The notes beneath the pieces were generated by a model. That model did not search any database. It saw only the letters and a program-made list of their open reading frames with translations, and was not told the DNA's origin. Below, in pieces: positions 44,902 to 54,756 of a stretch of DNA of 64,000 bases. Source of the DNA: Dehalococcoidia bacterium (GTDB lineage: Bacteria > Chloroflexota > Dehalococcoidia > UBA2979); NCBI GenBank assembly GCA_964291495.2, contig OZ219874.1, positions 47,440 through 111,439 of the forward strand, written 5' to 3'. Each line of letters opens with the position of its first letter. The stretch's first letter is position 1. Position numbers and translations under genes: made by a program.

Positions 44902-45286
44902 CGAGGACACCGTCACCCTGCTACGGGCGGAGTACGAGGCCCTGCTCGAGCGTAACGAGGAACTCGAGGACACGCTGGCCGCCATTGAGGCGGACGACGG
45001 CAACCGCGTGCCGCACGAGGTGGCGCTCACCATCATGCGTGGCGGGAGTCCGATCCTCGCCTTTCGCAACCATCTCGGACTCACACTGCGAGAACTCGCC
45101 GCGCGAACCGGGATCGCCGCCAGCTACCTGTCCGAGATCGAGCGCGGGCGCAAGCCGGGCTCCGCTTCAGCTCTGGCGAGAATCGCCGACGCATGCGGGA
45201 CCACGATCGACACCCTGCTCATTGATAGGGAGTTGCCCGGAGGCGAACTGCTGGTCGCGGAGGAGGAGCCCGAATACGGGCGCTGA
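44894..45286 (+). CDS. HTH (Xre-type) antitoxin
   Basis: 8-nt overlap with the toxin gene. ..FRNHLGLTLRELAARTGIAASYLSEIERGRKPGSASALARIADACG.. Confidence 0.8.
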   Translation: MTSEDTVTLLRAEYEALLERNEELEDTLAAIEADDGNRVPHEVALTIMRGGSPILAFRNHLGLTLRELAARTGIAASYLSEIERGRKPGSASALARIADACGTTIDTLLIDRELPGGELLVAEEEPEYGR

Positions 45287-45352
45287 TCCTCGCGGTTGCC
45301 GCGCGGCAGGCCCGCCGCTAGGGTTCGCAGCGCGAGACGGGAGGAAACCGCA

Positions 45353-46141
45353 ATGCCGATGCTCGATGTGGACGGAGCCAGGCTGCACTACCACGAGCAG
45401 GGAGCCGGCGAGACGATCGTCCTCACCGCCGCCTATAACACCCCCTCGAAGTTCTGGGGCCCGCTGGTCCCGATGCTCGCCGAGAGCTTCCGCGTCGTCA
45501 CCTATGACGTGCGCGGCTTCGGCGACACGGAGATCGAGGCCGAGAGCGCCGACGTCGATGTCGCCGCGGACGACCTGCACGCGCTGATCGAGCACGTCGG
45601 CGACGGCCCGGTGCTCTCGCTCGGGCACGCCTTCGGGGGCGGGATCGCCGCCAACCACGTCGTGCGCAACCCGGGCGCCGTGCGCGGCCTGATCCTCGTC
45701 AACGCCGGTGGCATGTTCGCCGGCGATCCGGCGGCGTCGGCCAACATGTTCTCGCTCTCCACCAAGCGCGGCCTCGACGCCGACGGGTTCGCGGAGCTGT
45801 TCGTCGAGACCTACTGCGGCGCCGGGTTTGGAGAGACCGAGGAGCAGCGCGCGCTCCTCGACGGGATGTTCGAGGACCGCAGCCCGCGCGAGAAGGTGAT
45901 GATGGCGCTCTCGATCCTCGGCTCGTCGAACGCCGACAAGTACTGGGCGCAGTGGTCGCATCCGACGCTGCTGATCTACGGCACCGCCGACCGCGTCGCC
46001 GTGCCGTTCAATGGCTTCGACCTCGCGCGGGCGCTTCCCAACTCCGAGCTGCACTGGCTGCGCGGCGCCGGACACTACAGCCCGTGGGAGCGCCCAGAGC
46101 GCATCGCCGAGCTGGTCGGCGAGTTCGCGGCCGGCCTCTAG
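45353..46141 (+). CDS. Alpha/beta-fold hydrolase homolog (nucleophile position is Ala)
   Basis: ATG 45353 after GGGAGGA. MPMLDVDGARLHYHEQGAGETIVL..; the nucleophile elbow reads LGHAFGGGIA instead of G-x-S-x-G; ..LLIYGTADRV..GAGHYSPWERPE. Confidence 0.75.
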   Translation: MPMLDVDGARLHYHEQGAGETIVLTAAYNTPSKFWGPLVPMLAESFRVVTYDVRGFGDTEIEAESADVDVAADDLHALIEHVGDGPVLSLGHAFGGGIAANHVVRNPGAVRGLILVNAGGMFAGDPAASANMFSLSTKRGLDADGFAELFVETYCGAGFGETEEQRALLDGMFEDRSPREKVMMALSILGSSNADKYWAQWSHPTLLIYGTADRVAVPFNGFDLARALPNSELHWLRGAGHYSPWERPERIAELVGEFAAGL

Positions 46142-46163
46142 CCGGCTGCGCGGGCGTGGCGCC

Positions 46164-46940
46164 GTGACACAGCGCCTCGAGGGCAGAGTCGCCGTCGTTA
46201 CCGGCGCCGCCTCCGGCGCCGGGCGGGCGATGGCGCAGCGCTGCGCCTCGGAAGGCGCGGCGGTGCTCTGCGCCGACGTCAACGAGGACGGCCTCGCCGA
46301 GACGGTGGCGAGCATCGAGACTTCCGGCGGCAGGGCCGCCGCTCGGCGCGTCGACGTCTCCCGTGAGTCCGAGGTCGAGGCGATGCTGGCCGAGGCGGTT
46401 GAGCGCTTCGGGCGGCTCGATGTGCTGATGAACAACGCCGCGATCGGGAGCAGCGCGGCCGACTGGCCGCGGGTGGTCGCGATCAACCTCGAAGGCGTCT
46501 ACCACGGGCTGCGGCACGGCGCGGCGCTGCTCGCCATGCAAGGCGGCGGCGCGATCGTGAACACCGCCTCGGCGGGGGCGCTCGTCGCGCTGCCCAACCA
46601 GCGGGTGCCGGAGGACGGCGGCCCGCTGCCATCGGGGCCACTCGGCTACGTCGCCGCCAAGGCCGGCGTCGTGGGGCTGACGAGGCAGTTCGCCGTCGTC
46701 TACGGCCCCCGCGGCGTGCGCGTCAACGCGATCGCGCCCGGCGGCATCGACACGCCGATGCTGCGCGGCGGCACGGACTTCAGCGAGGGCGATCCGCACC
46801 CCGCCGACGCGATCCACCCGCTCGGCCGCATCGGACGGCCCTCGGAGATCGCCGCGGCCGCCGTCTTCCTCGCCAGCGACGAGGCGGCGTTCATCACCGG
46901 CGTCGTGCTGCCCGTCGATGGCGGCTACACGGCGATGTAG
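46164..46940 (+). CDS. SDR-family oxidoreductase
   Basis: GTG 46164. [52 protein letters not shown]. Confidence 0.8.
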   Translation: MTQRLEGRVAVVTGAASGAGRAMAQRCASEGAAVLCADVNEDGLAETVASIETSGGRAAARRVDVSRESEVEAMLAEAVERFGRLDVLMNNAAIGSSAADWPRVVAINLEGVYHGLRHGAALLAMQGGGAIVNTASAGALVALPNQRVPEDGGPLPSGPLGYVAAKAGVVGLTRQFAVVYGPRGVRVNAIAPGGIDTPMLRGGTDFSEGDPHPADAIHPLGRIGRPSEIAAAAVFLASDEAAFITGVVLPVDGGYTAM

Positions 46941-47006
46941 CCGGCCGTCGCCACCGCCCGCATACACTCCGGCGAAGACGCTTCGGCCAGCGAACGGGAG
47001 ACGGCC

Positions 47007-47891
47007 ATGCAGGACTTCGAGGGCAAGGTCGCCGTCGTCACCGGAGCGGCGAGCGGCATCGGGCGCGGGCTCGCGCAGCGCTTCGCCGAGGAGGGCATGC
47101 GCGTCATCCTCGCCGATGTCGAGGCGGACGCCCTCGACGCTGCCGTCACGGAGCTGCGGGACGCGGGACACGAGGTGCGCGGCGAGCAGGTCGATGTTTC
47201 GAGCCAGGACTCGGTCGACGCCCTCGCGGAGGCGGCGTTCTCGGCCTGGGGCGGCGTGCATGTCGTCTGCAACAACGCCGGCGTCGCCGCCGTCAACGAC
47301 TGGGGCTCGCTGCACCCGGACGGCGGCGTGCCGATGTGGGAGCTGACGCTCGAGGACTGGCGCTGGACCTACGGCGTCAACTTCTGGGGCGTGCTGCACG
47401 GCATCCGCGCCTTCACCCCGCTGCTGCTCGAGCAGGGCGAGCCGGCGCACATCGTCAGCACCGGCTCCGTGCAGAGCTTCCAGGGCAACACCAGCCTTGT
47501 CGCCTACAGCTCGACGAAGTTCGCCGTCGGGCGCATCACCGAGGCGCTGCAGATGCAGCTCGCGGGGCTCGGCTCGCCCGTGCGCGCGCACCTGCTCTGC
47601 CCCGGCGGCGTCGCGACGCGCAGCTACCTCGCGGAGCGCAACCGCCCGGAGGAGCTGCGCAACCCCGACCCGGTAGCGGGCGACCCGGTGCGCGCCGCCG
47701 CCTTCGACCGCGCGCGCGAGGAGACCGGCGAGAGCATGGGGCGCAACATGCCGCCCTCGGGGGTCGCGGCGGCGGTGATCGAGGGGCTGCGCGCGGAGCA
47801 GTTCTACATCTTCTCGCACGGGACCGACTTCGATGCGCAGATCCGCGCGCGCATGGAGCGGATCATCGCGCGCGAGGAACCCCGGCCCTGA
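47007..47891 (+). CDS. SDR-family oxidoreductase
   Basis: [37 protein letters not shown].. Confidence 0.8.
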   Translation: MQDFEGKVAVVTGAASGIGRGLAQRFAEEGMRVILADVEADALDAAVTELRDAGHEVRGEQVDVSSQDSVDALAEAAFSAWGGVHVVCNNAGVAAVNDWGSLHPDGGVPMWELTLEDWRWTYGVNFWGVLHGIRAFTPLLLEQGEPAHIVSTGSVQSFQGNTSLVAYSSTKFAVGRITEALQMQLAGLGSPVRAHLLCPGGVATRSYLAERNRPEELRNPDPVAGDPVRAAAFDRAREETGESMGRNMPPSGVAAAVIEGLRAEQFYIFSHGTDFDAQIRARMERIIAREEPRP

Positions 47892-47922
47892 TCCTCGTCC
47901 CGGAATCGGCTATCGTGCGCGC

Positions 47923-48369
47923 ATGACCGCCGAAGACCGCCTCGACATTCTCGATCAGATCGGCCGCTACTCCTACGCGGTCGACGCATTCGACGACGCC
48001 GAGTTCGCCGCGCGCTTCACCGCCGACGGCGTCTTCGAACGCCGTGCGATCGGCTCGGAGGGGCCGTACGAGGTGATCGAGGGCCACGCGGCGCTGCGCC
48101 GCTGGATCCTCGAGATCCTCGAGACGCTCCCCGAGGGCGTGATCACTCGCCACCACCAGCGCGCGACCGTCTTCGACGAACTGGGCGCGGACGCGGCGAG
48201 CACGCGCACGATGATGCTGCTGACCAGCATCGCCCCGGGCGATCGTCACCCGCGCACGGTGAGCAGCGGCGTCTACCGTGACGAGTGGCGCCGCACGAAC
48301 GACGGCTGGCGCATCGCGCGGCGCATCGCCGACATGGACCGGCCGGCCCCGGACGCGGCCCGTGGCTGA
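47923..48369 (+). CDS. SnoaL-like / NTF2-family protein
   Basis: ATG 47923. MTAEDRLDILDQIGRYSYAVDAFDDAEFAARFTADGVFE..; -10-like TATCGT 6 nt upstream. Confidence 0.6.
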   Translation: MTAEDRLDILDQIGRYSYAVDAFDDAEFAARFTADGVFERRAIGSEGPYEVIEGHAALRRWILEILETLPEGVITRHHQRATVFDELGADAASTRTMMLLTSIAPGDRHPRTVSSGVYRDEWRRTNDGWRIARRIADMDRPAPDAARG

Positions 48370-48391
48370 GGTGCGCATCGTCGGCAAGGCG

Positions 48392-48655
48392 ATGGACGAC
48401 CTCGCCGACGACTGGCACTGGGTGGTCCTGCACGCCGCCGAGGAGCTGGAGCCGCGCCTCTACTTCACTGCCCGCGTCGACACCGTCTGCGGGATCCTCA
48501 TTGCGGACCGCCCGCGGCGCGTGCGCCTCTTCGACATGGGCGCGCCCGACGAGCCGACCTGCCCCACCTGCAACAAGGAGGGCCTGCCGCCCGGCCTGCT
48601 CGCCGACGTGCGCGAGGCGATCGAGCGGGGCGAGCGCGAACCGGCGGCGGTCTAG
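48392..48655 (+). CDS. Hypothetical small protein with CPTC motif
   Basis: MDDLADDWHWVVLHAAEELEPRLYFTARVDTVCGIL..PTCPTCNKEGLPPGLL.. Start (ATG 48392 or GTG 48371) uncertain. Confidence 0.4.
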   Translation: MDDLADDWHWVVLHAAEELEPRLYFTARVDTVCGILIADRPRRVRLFDMGAPDEPTCPTCNKEGLPPGLLADVREAIERGEREPAAV

Positions 48656-48683
48656 CCACCCGCCCGGCGGGCGGCGCGGCGGA

Positions 48684-48689
48684 TATACT
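48684..48689 (+). promoter_or_regulatory. -10-like hexamer TATACT, 7 nt before polA ATG
   Basis: tatact-gcgggcg-ATG(48697). Confidence 0.35.
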
Positions 48690-48696
48690 GCGGGCG

Positions 48697-51537
48697 ATGG
48701 CCCTCGATCTGTCAGACCGGCCCAATCTGCTCGTCATCCTCGACTCGCACGGCATCATCTATCGCTCGTACTACGCGCTGCGCGACAGCTTCGCGAGCAC
48801 CGTGCGCCGCACCGGTGAGCCGGTCTGGGCCGTCTATGGCTACGCCAATTCGCTGCTCTACGTCCTCGATGAGCTGCGGCCGACGCACATCATCGCCGCC
48901 TGGGACGCCCCCACCCCCACCTTCCGCCACGAGGCCGACGCCGACTACAAGGCGACCCGCGCGCCGACGCCGGACGACCTCAAGCCGCAGATCGATCGCG
49001 TCAAGGACCTGCTGGGCGCGTTCCGCATCCCCGTGATCGAGGCGCCGGGCTTCGAGGCCGACGACGTCCTCGGCACGCTCGCGACGCAGGCGAAAGCGGC
49101 TGGCGTCGAGACCGTGCTCGTGACGCTCGACAACGACATGGTGCAACTCGTGCAGCCGGGCGTGAAGGTGCTGATGTACCGGCCCTACCAACGGGATTAT
49201 GTCCTGTACGACCGGGAGGGGGTGCGTGCGCGCTGGGGCTTCGAGCCCGAGCAGATCCCGGACTTCAAGGCCCTTGTCGGCGACAACACCGACAACATTG
49301 CCGGCGTCCGCGGCATCGGCGACAAGGGCGCCAAGGCGCTGATCGGCGAGTGGGGCACGATCGAGGGGATGATCGAGCACCTCGACGAGATCAAGCCACC
49401 GCGCGCGCAGAAGGCGCTCGCCGCCGCCGTCGAGGACGCCCGTCACTACAAGCGCATGGCCACGATCGTCACCGACGTGCCGGACGTCGCGCTCGACCTC
49501 GACGCCGCGCTCGTGCACGACTACGACCGCGCGGCCGTGCTCACGCTGTTCCAGGAGCTGGAATTCCGCTCGCTCGTCGGGCGGCTGCCACAGCACGCCG
49601 ACGACGCGCCCGGCGACGGCGCGCAGCCCGAGGGCGCGATCACCAGCGGCGGCGACTACGAGGTCGTGACAACGACCGAGCGCCTCGGCGAGGTGGTCGA
49701 GGCGGTGAAGGCCGCCGGGCGCTTCGGCTTCGAGCTGCTGGCCGACGACGAGCACCCGATGCGCGCGGCCTACGGCCTCGTGGGGCTCGCGCTCAGCGTC
49801 GAGCCGGGCAAGGGTTGGTACCTGCCGTTCGGCCACACGCGCGAGCCGCTGCCGCCGAAGGAGGGCCAGCAGGAGATGATGATGGACGCGCCGGAGCCCG
49901 AGGCGCCGGTCGTCCAGCTCCCGCGCGCCGCCGTCCTCGAGGCCGCCCGCGCGCTGTTCACGGACCCGGACCTCGAGCGTGTCTCCAACAGCGGCAAGAC
50001 GCAGCTGCTCGCCCTCGCCCAGACGCCGGGCGGTGTCTGGACCGGCAGCATCGACTTCGACACCTCGATCGCCGCGTACGTGCTCGGCGAGCGAGCGCGT
50101 GACATCCGCGGCCTCGCCTTCGAGCGGCTCGGGCACGAGCTGCCGGAGGCGAAGAGCCTGCTCGGCACGGGCCGCAAGGCCATTCCGTTCTCACGCACCG
50201 ACCCCGAGGACGCGGCCGGCCTCGCCGCCGGCGCCGCCGACGCGACGTTGCGCCTCGCCGGCGAGCTGCTCGCCGACCTCGAGGCGAACGACCTCGATCG
50301 CGTCTTCCGCGAGATCGATCTGCCGCACCTGCCGGTGCTGGCGCGCATGGAGCAGTACGGCCTCGCCATCGACCGCGAGGCGCTCGCGATCCTCGGCGCG
50401 GAGCTGGCCGATCTGACGGAAGGAGCACAGGACGAGGTCTTCTCCGCCGTCGGCCACGAGTTCCAGATCGGCTCGCCGCAGCAGCTCTCGCACGTGCTCT
50501 TCGAGGAGCTGGAGCTGCCGAAGACGCGCAAGACCGCGACGGGCTGGACGACGGACGCGAACGCCCTCGAGCCGCTGCGCCAGGCGCACCCCGCCGTCGA
50601 GGCGGTGCTGCGCTGGCGCGAGCTGACGAAGATTCGATCGACCTACGTCGATACGCTGCCGGGGCAGATCCACCCGGTGACCGGCCGCGTACACACGGTG
50701 TTCTCGCAGACCACGGCGGCCACCGGACGGCTCTCCTCGAACGACCCGAACCTGCAGAACATCCCGGTGCGCACGGAGATCGGCGCGGCCGTCCGCAACG
50801 CCTTCATCGCGCGTGACTGCGGCGAGGACCCCGTGCTGCTCTCGCTCGACTACTCGCAGATCGAGCTGCGCATCCTCGCCCACGTCTCGGGCGACGAGGA
50901 GCTGCGGCGCGCCTTCCTCGATGGTGAGGACATCCACCGCGCGACGGCGGCGAACGTCTTCCACGTCGGCGCCGACGAGGTGGACGCGGAGATGCGGCGG
51001 CGCGCGAAGGTGTTCAACTTCGGCGTCCTCTACGGCCTCACGGCGTTCGGCCTGTCGCAGCGCGAGGGCATCCCGCGCGACGAGGCCGAGGAGTTCATCC
51101 GCGCCTACTTCGCCGCGTACCCGCAGGTCGCGCACTGGCGTGACGCCGTCGTCACCGAGGCGCGCGAACGCGGCTACGCCGAGACGCTGACCGGCCGCCG
51201 CCGCTACATCCCGGATCTGCGCACGCGGAACCACAACCGCCGCCTCGCGGCCGAGCGGATCGCGATCAACATGCCGATCCAGGGCGCGGCCGCCGACATC
51301 ATCAAGATCGCCATGAACCAGATCGACGCCGAGCTGATCGCCCACCGCGCCAACGGCGGCAAAGCCCGCATGGTGCTGCAGGTCCACGATGAGTTGTTGT
51401 TCGAGCTGCCTCGCGAGGAGCTCGACGCGGTGCGCGAGATCGCCCGCCGCCTCATGCCGGCCGTGCAGCTCTCCGTGCCGCTCGACCTCGACGAGAAGCA
51501 CGGCCGCTCGTGGGGCGAGATGGTCGAGACGGCGTGA
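48697..51537 (+). CDS. polA: DNA polymerase I
   Basis: 5'-nuclease domain (LLVILDSHGIIYRSYYAL..DNIAGVRGIGDKGA). Polymerase motifs (LLSLDYSQIELRILAH, RRRAKVFNFGVLYG, VLQVHDELLFE). Confidence 0.95.
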   Translation: MALDLSDRPNLLVILDSHGIIYRSYYALRDSFASTVRRTGEPVWAVYGYANSLLYVLDELRPTHIIAAWDAPTPTFRHEADADYKATRAPTPDDLKPQIDRVKDLLGAFRIPVIEAPGFEADDVLGTLATQAKAAGVETVLVTLDNDMVQLVQPGVKVLMYRPYQRDYVLYDREGVRARWGFEPEQIPDFKALVGDNTDNIAGVRGIGDKGAKALIGEWGTIEGMIEHLDEIKPPRAQKALAAAVEDARHYKRMATIVTDVPDVALDLDAALVHDYDRAAVLTLFQELEFRSLVGRLPQHADDAPGDGAQPEGAITSGGDYEVVTTTERLGEVVEAVKAAGRFGFELLADDEHPMRAAYGLVGLALSVEPGKGWYLPFGHTREPLPPKEGQQEMMMDAPEPEAPVVQLPRAAVLEAARALFTDPDLERVSNSGKTQLLALAQTPGGVWTGSIDFDTSIAAYVLGERARDIRGLAFERLGHELPEAKSLLGTGRKAIPFSRTDPEDAAGLAAGAADATLRLAGELLADLEANDLDRVFREIDLPHLPVLARMEQYGLAIDREALAILGAELADLTEGAQDEVFSAVGHEFQIGSPQQLSHVLFEELELPKTRKTATGWTTDANALEPLRQAHPAVEAVLRWRELTKIRSTYVDTLPGQIHPVTGRVHTVFSQTTAATGRLSSNDPNLQNIPVRTEIGAAVRNAFIARDCGEDPVLLSLDYSQIELRILAHVSGDEELRRAFLDGEDIHRATAANVFHVGADEVDAEMRRRAKVFNFGVLYGLTAFGLSQREGIPRDEAEEFIRAYFAAYPQVAHWRDAVVTEARERGYAETLTGRRRYIPDLRTRNHNRRLAAERIAINMPIQGAAADIIKIAMNQIDAELIAHRANGGKARMVLQVHDELLFELPREELDAVREIARRLMPAVQLSVPLDLDEKHGRSWGEMVETA

Positions 51538-51558
51538 GCCGCCGTCTCGTGACCGGCG

Positions 51559-52389
51559 ATGCCTGAGCTGCCCGAGGTCGAGACGATCCGCCGCGGCCTC
51601 GAGCCGCGGATCGTCGGCCGCACCATCGAGGCGGTGCGCATCCACGCCGGCGCGGAGCGCCTGGCCGTCACCCACTCGCCGCGCGAGCTGGAGGAGGAGT
51701 TGGCCGGCCTGCGCATCGAGGCGCTGGGACGCCACGGCAAGTACCTGATCGCCGCCCTCGACGACGGCCGCAGCTGGGTGATGCACCTGCGCATGACCGG
51801 CGTGCTGCTGATCGGCGATCGCTCGGCCCCGAGTGAGCGCTTCGAGCGCGCGCGCGTCGACCTCGACGACGGCTGCACGCTGCGCCTCAACGACATCCGC
51901 AAGTTCGGCACCTGGCACCTCGTCGAGGACCGCGCCGAGGCGATGCCGCGCATCGGACCGGACGCGCTCTCCGGGGAGTTCAGCGTGCGCTGGCTGCGTG
52001 ACGCGCTCGGGCGGCGCACCGTGGCGGTGAAGTCGGCGCTGCTCGATCAGCGGGTGGCGGCTGGGGTCGGCAACATCTACGCCGACGAGGCGCTGTGGAT
52101 CGCCTGCATCGACCCGCGCACGCCCGCCGGCTCGATCGGCCCGCGCCGCGTCGCGCGGCTCCACGCCGCGCTGCTCAAGACGCTGCGCGACGGCCTGGCC
52201 GACGGCGGCAGCTCCTTCGACGAGTACCGGGACGCCTTCGGACTCACGGGCGGCCACCACCTGCGCGTGCACGTCTTCCGCCGCCAGGGCGAGCCGTGCG
52301 AGCGCCCTCGTTGCCGCGGACGCGGGATCCGCAAGATCCGCCTCGGAGGCCGCGCCACGCACTACTGCGCGAGCTGCCAGCGCCGCTGA
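51559..52389 (+). CDS. mutM: Formamidopyrimidine-DNA glycosylase
   Basis: MPELPEVETIRRGL.. and a C-terminal zinc finger C..C..GRATHYCASCQ. Confidence 0.9.
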   Translation: MPELPEVETIRRGLEPRIVGRTIEAVRIHAGAERLAVTHSPRELEEELAGLRIEALGRHGKYLIAALDDGRSWVMHLRMTGVLLIGDRSAPSERFERARVDLDDGCTLRLNDIRKFGTWHLVEDRAEAMPRIGPDALSGEFSVRWLRDALGRRTVAVKSALLDQRVAAGVGNIYADEALWIACIDPRTPAGSIGPRRVARLHAALLKTLRDGLADGGSSFDEYRDAFGLTGGHHLRVHVFRRQGEPCERPRCRGRGIRKIRLGGRATHYCASCQRR

Positions 52390-52514
52390 CCGTCCGCGAG
52401 GGCAACACGCGGCCCGGCACGGCCCGATGGTCCTCGCTTGTAGGGGCCGAAACGCGCTGGTACGGTCCGCACGGTCGACTCACCGACGCCGGACTGAGGA
52501 CAGGGCGGGACGGC

Positions 52515-53420
52515 GTGATCGTGCTGCTGTGGGGCGTGCTTATCGGGATCGCGGGCGTCCTGCTCGCCTGCGTCATCGCGGCGTTCTACCTGGCCGAGCT
52601 ACTGACACGGACCAAGCGCTGGCGCGTTGCCGGCAATCCCGCAGATCTGCGGCTGCGTCACGACGAGATCGAGCTCGTTGCGGCGGACGGTGTGTGGATC
52701 CGCGGCTGGTACATGGAATCGCCCGGCGCGCGCGCCACGGTCGTCCTCGTCCACGACACCGCTGGTACCCGCTCCGATCCGAGCCAGGGTCTGCTCGACC
52801 TCCAGCGCGACTACCTCCGCCGCGGCATCAACGTGCTGAGCTTCGACCTCCGCGGGCGCGGTGAGTCCGAGGGCGATGACGACCACCTCGGGGCGGCCGA
52901 GCTGGCGGATGTCGAGGCTGCGGTCGCCTACGCCAGGAGCCACGGGGCGGACACTCCGCTGTTCGTGCACGGCTTCGGGATGGGCGCCGCGCTCGCGCTG
53001 ATGGTGGCTGCGCGAGACCCCGCCATCTCCGGCGTGATAGCGGACTCGCCTTTCGTCTCGATGCGCAGCCACCTGCGGCATGAGTACCGGCGTTGGCCGG
53101 AGTTCGTCTTCCTGCTCGCCACCGTGATAGCTCGCCACTTCTTGCACGCCGACATCGACGCCGTCTCGCCGATCCGGGTGATTCCGCAACTCCAGCAGCC
53201 GGTGCTCTACATCCACGCCGAGGCCGACCCCGAGGTACCGGTGGAGCACACGCTGAACCTCGGAGCCGCCTCGCTGAATGCAGACGACGCGATCTGGATC
53301 TCAGCAGCCGGCGGGCACTGCCAGACGTACCTCGACGACCCGGCCAGCTACCTCGCACGCTGCATCGGCCACATCAACTTGGTCGTGTCGCCGCGGCGGC
53401 CGCTTGCGCCCGCGCTCTGA
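52515..53420 (+). CDS. Membrane-anchored alpha/beta-fold hydrolase homolog (nucleophile position is Gly)
   Basis: GTG 52515. VIVLLWGVLIGIAGVLLACVIAAFYL (TM), ..VVLVHDTAGTRS... The elbow reads VHGFGMGAALAL rather than G-x-S-x-G. The upstream part of ORF 52095..53420 overlaps mutM. Confidence 0.65.
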   Translation: MIVLLWGVLIGIAGVLLACVIAAFYLAELLTRTKRWRVAGNPADLRLRHDEIELVAADGVWIRGWYMESPGARATVVLVHDTAGTRSDPSQGLLDLQRDYLRRGINVLSFDLRGRGESEGDDDHLGAAELADVEAAVAYARSHGADTPLFVHGFGMGAALALMVAARDPAISGVIADSPFVSMRSHLRHEYRRWPEFVFLLATVIARHFLHADIDAVSPIRVIPQLQQPVLYIHAEADPEVPVEHTLNLGAASLNADDAIWISAAGGHCQTYLDDPASYLARCIGHINLVVSPRRPLAPAL

Positions 53421-54463
53421 TGCCGCGCGACTCCACGGCTCCGGCGGCGAGCGGGCCGCGCGACGCGATCACGGACGTCGGCGGCATCCGCGTCGGACAC
53501 TGGACGCATCGCCGCTGGGCGACGGGGTGCACGGTGGTGATCTGCGCCGCCGGCGCCGTCGGAGGCGTCGATGTGCGCGGGGCCGCTCCCGGCACGCGCG
53601 AGACGGACCTGCTGAGGCCCGGCAACCTCGTCGAGGAGGTGCATGCCGTCGTGCTCTCCGGCGGTTCCGCCTTCGGGCTCGACGCGGCCGGCGGAGTCGT
53701 CCGCTACCTCGAGGAGCGCGGTATCGGGCTGCACTTCGCGGAGCGCACCATCCCGATTGTCCCGGCGGCGATCCTGTTCGACCTCGGACTGGGGAGCGGC
53801 GCCCGGCGTCCCGGCGCCGTCGAGGGCGAACGTGCGGCGAGGCGCGCCACCGCCGGGCGGGTCGCGCAGGGCTCGGTCGGCGCCGGCACGGGCGCGACGG
53901 TCGCCTCGCTGCTCGGCCGCGATCGGGCGCTCAAGGGTGGCCTCGGAACCGCGAGCGAGCGGCTCGAGAGCGGGGCCACCGTTGGCGCGATCGTCGCCGT
54001 GAACGCCGCCGGCGCGATCCGCGACCCGAGCGACGGGTCGCTCGTCGCCGCGCCGCGCGCGGACGAGAGCGGGTTCGTCGACCTCGATGCGCACCTGCGG
54101 ACCGGCCGCCGCTGGCCGGAACTGCCCGACCCGGACGCCGAGGACGGTGAGGACGGCCCGGAGAACACGACGATCGCGGTGGTAGCCACGGACGCGCGGC
54201 TCACGCGCGAGCAGGCGAACCGGCTGGCGAGCGTCTGCCACGACGGCTTCGCGCGAGCGATCTGGCCCGCGCACTGCCGCAGCGACGGCGACGTGATCTT
54301 CACCCTCGCCACGGGCGCCGTCGAGGTCGACCGCTACGCCTACGCTGCCCTCGAGGCGCTCGCGACGCGCGCGGTGGAGCGCGCGGTGCTCAACGGCGTC
54401 CGCGCGGCCGAGGGTCTCGGGGGCGTGCCGTCCGCCGCCGAGTGGCTGCGGGAGGACCGCTGA
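53420..54463 (+). CDS. P1/S58-family peptidase (DmpA/BapA-like aminopeptidase)
   Basis: ATG overlaps the upstream TGA (TGATG). ITDVGGIRVGHWT..TGCTVVI..GGVDVRGAAPGTRETDLL..VVLSGGSAFGLDAA..NTTIAVVATDA. Confidence 0.75.
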   Translation: MPRDSTAPAASGPRDAITDVGGIRVGHWTHRRWATGCTVVICAAGAVGGVDVRGAAPGTRETDLLRPGNLVEEVHAVVLSGGSAFGLDAAGGVVRYLEERGIGLHFAERTIPIVPAAILFDLGLGSGARRPGAVEGERAARRATAGRVAQGSVGAGTGATVASLLGRDRALKGGLGTASERLESGATVGAIVAVNAAGAIRDPSDGSLVAAPRADESGFVDLDAHLRTGRRWPELPDPDAEDGEDGPENTTIAVVATDARLTREQANRLASVCHDGFARAIWPAHCRSDGDVIFTLATGAVEVDRYAYAALEALATRAVERAVLNGVRAAEGLGGVPSAAEWLREDR

Positions 54464-54756
54464 GGTCGCGTCCGGACCGCGTCGTCGCCCGCACGAGAGA
54501 GCCAGGAACAGCGCTGCCGGAACGCCCTCGATCGGCCCCCGGAGCGTGCTTCTTTGGGGCGATTGGAGGGCGGACGATGATCGGGGTTGCGCGCATGCCT
54601 ATACTGTGCGCGCGTTCGCGCCAGTTGGACCATGCGTATCCGTCTGAATCCCGCCGAGATCGGGACGGAGTGAGCACACATGACCCCAGCACCCAGCCCG
54701 GCGGCTGACGCCCACCTCGCAGGCCTGCCGGTGCACCATGCGAACGGAGCGCCGCG

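Noticed and set aside
46008-47819. 603-aa minus-strand ORF
   Set aside because: It is antisense to two SDR genes that have canonical TGxxxGxG and YxxxK motifs.
50191-52362. 723-aa minus-strand ORF
   Set aside because: It is antisense to polA and mutM and has low-complexity Arg/Ala/Gly composition.
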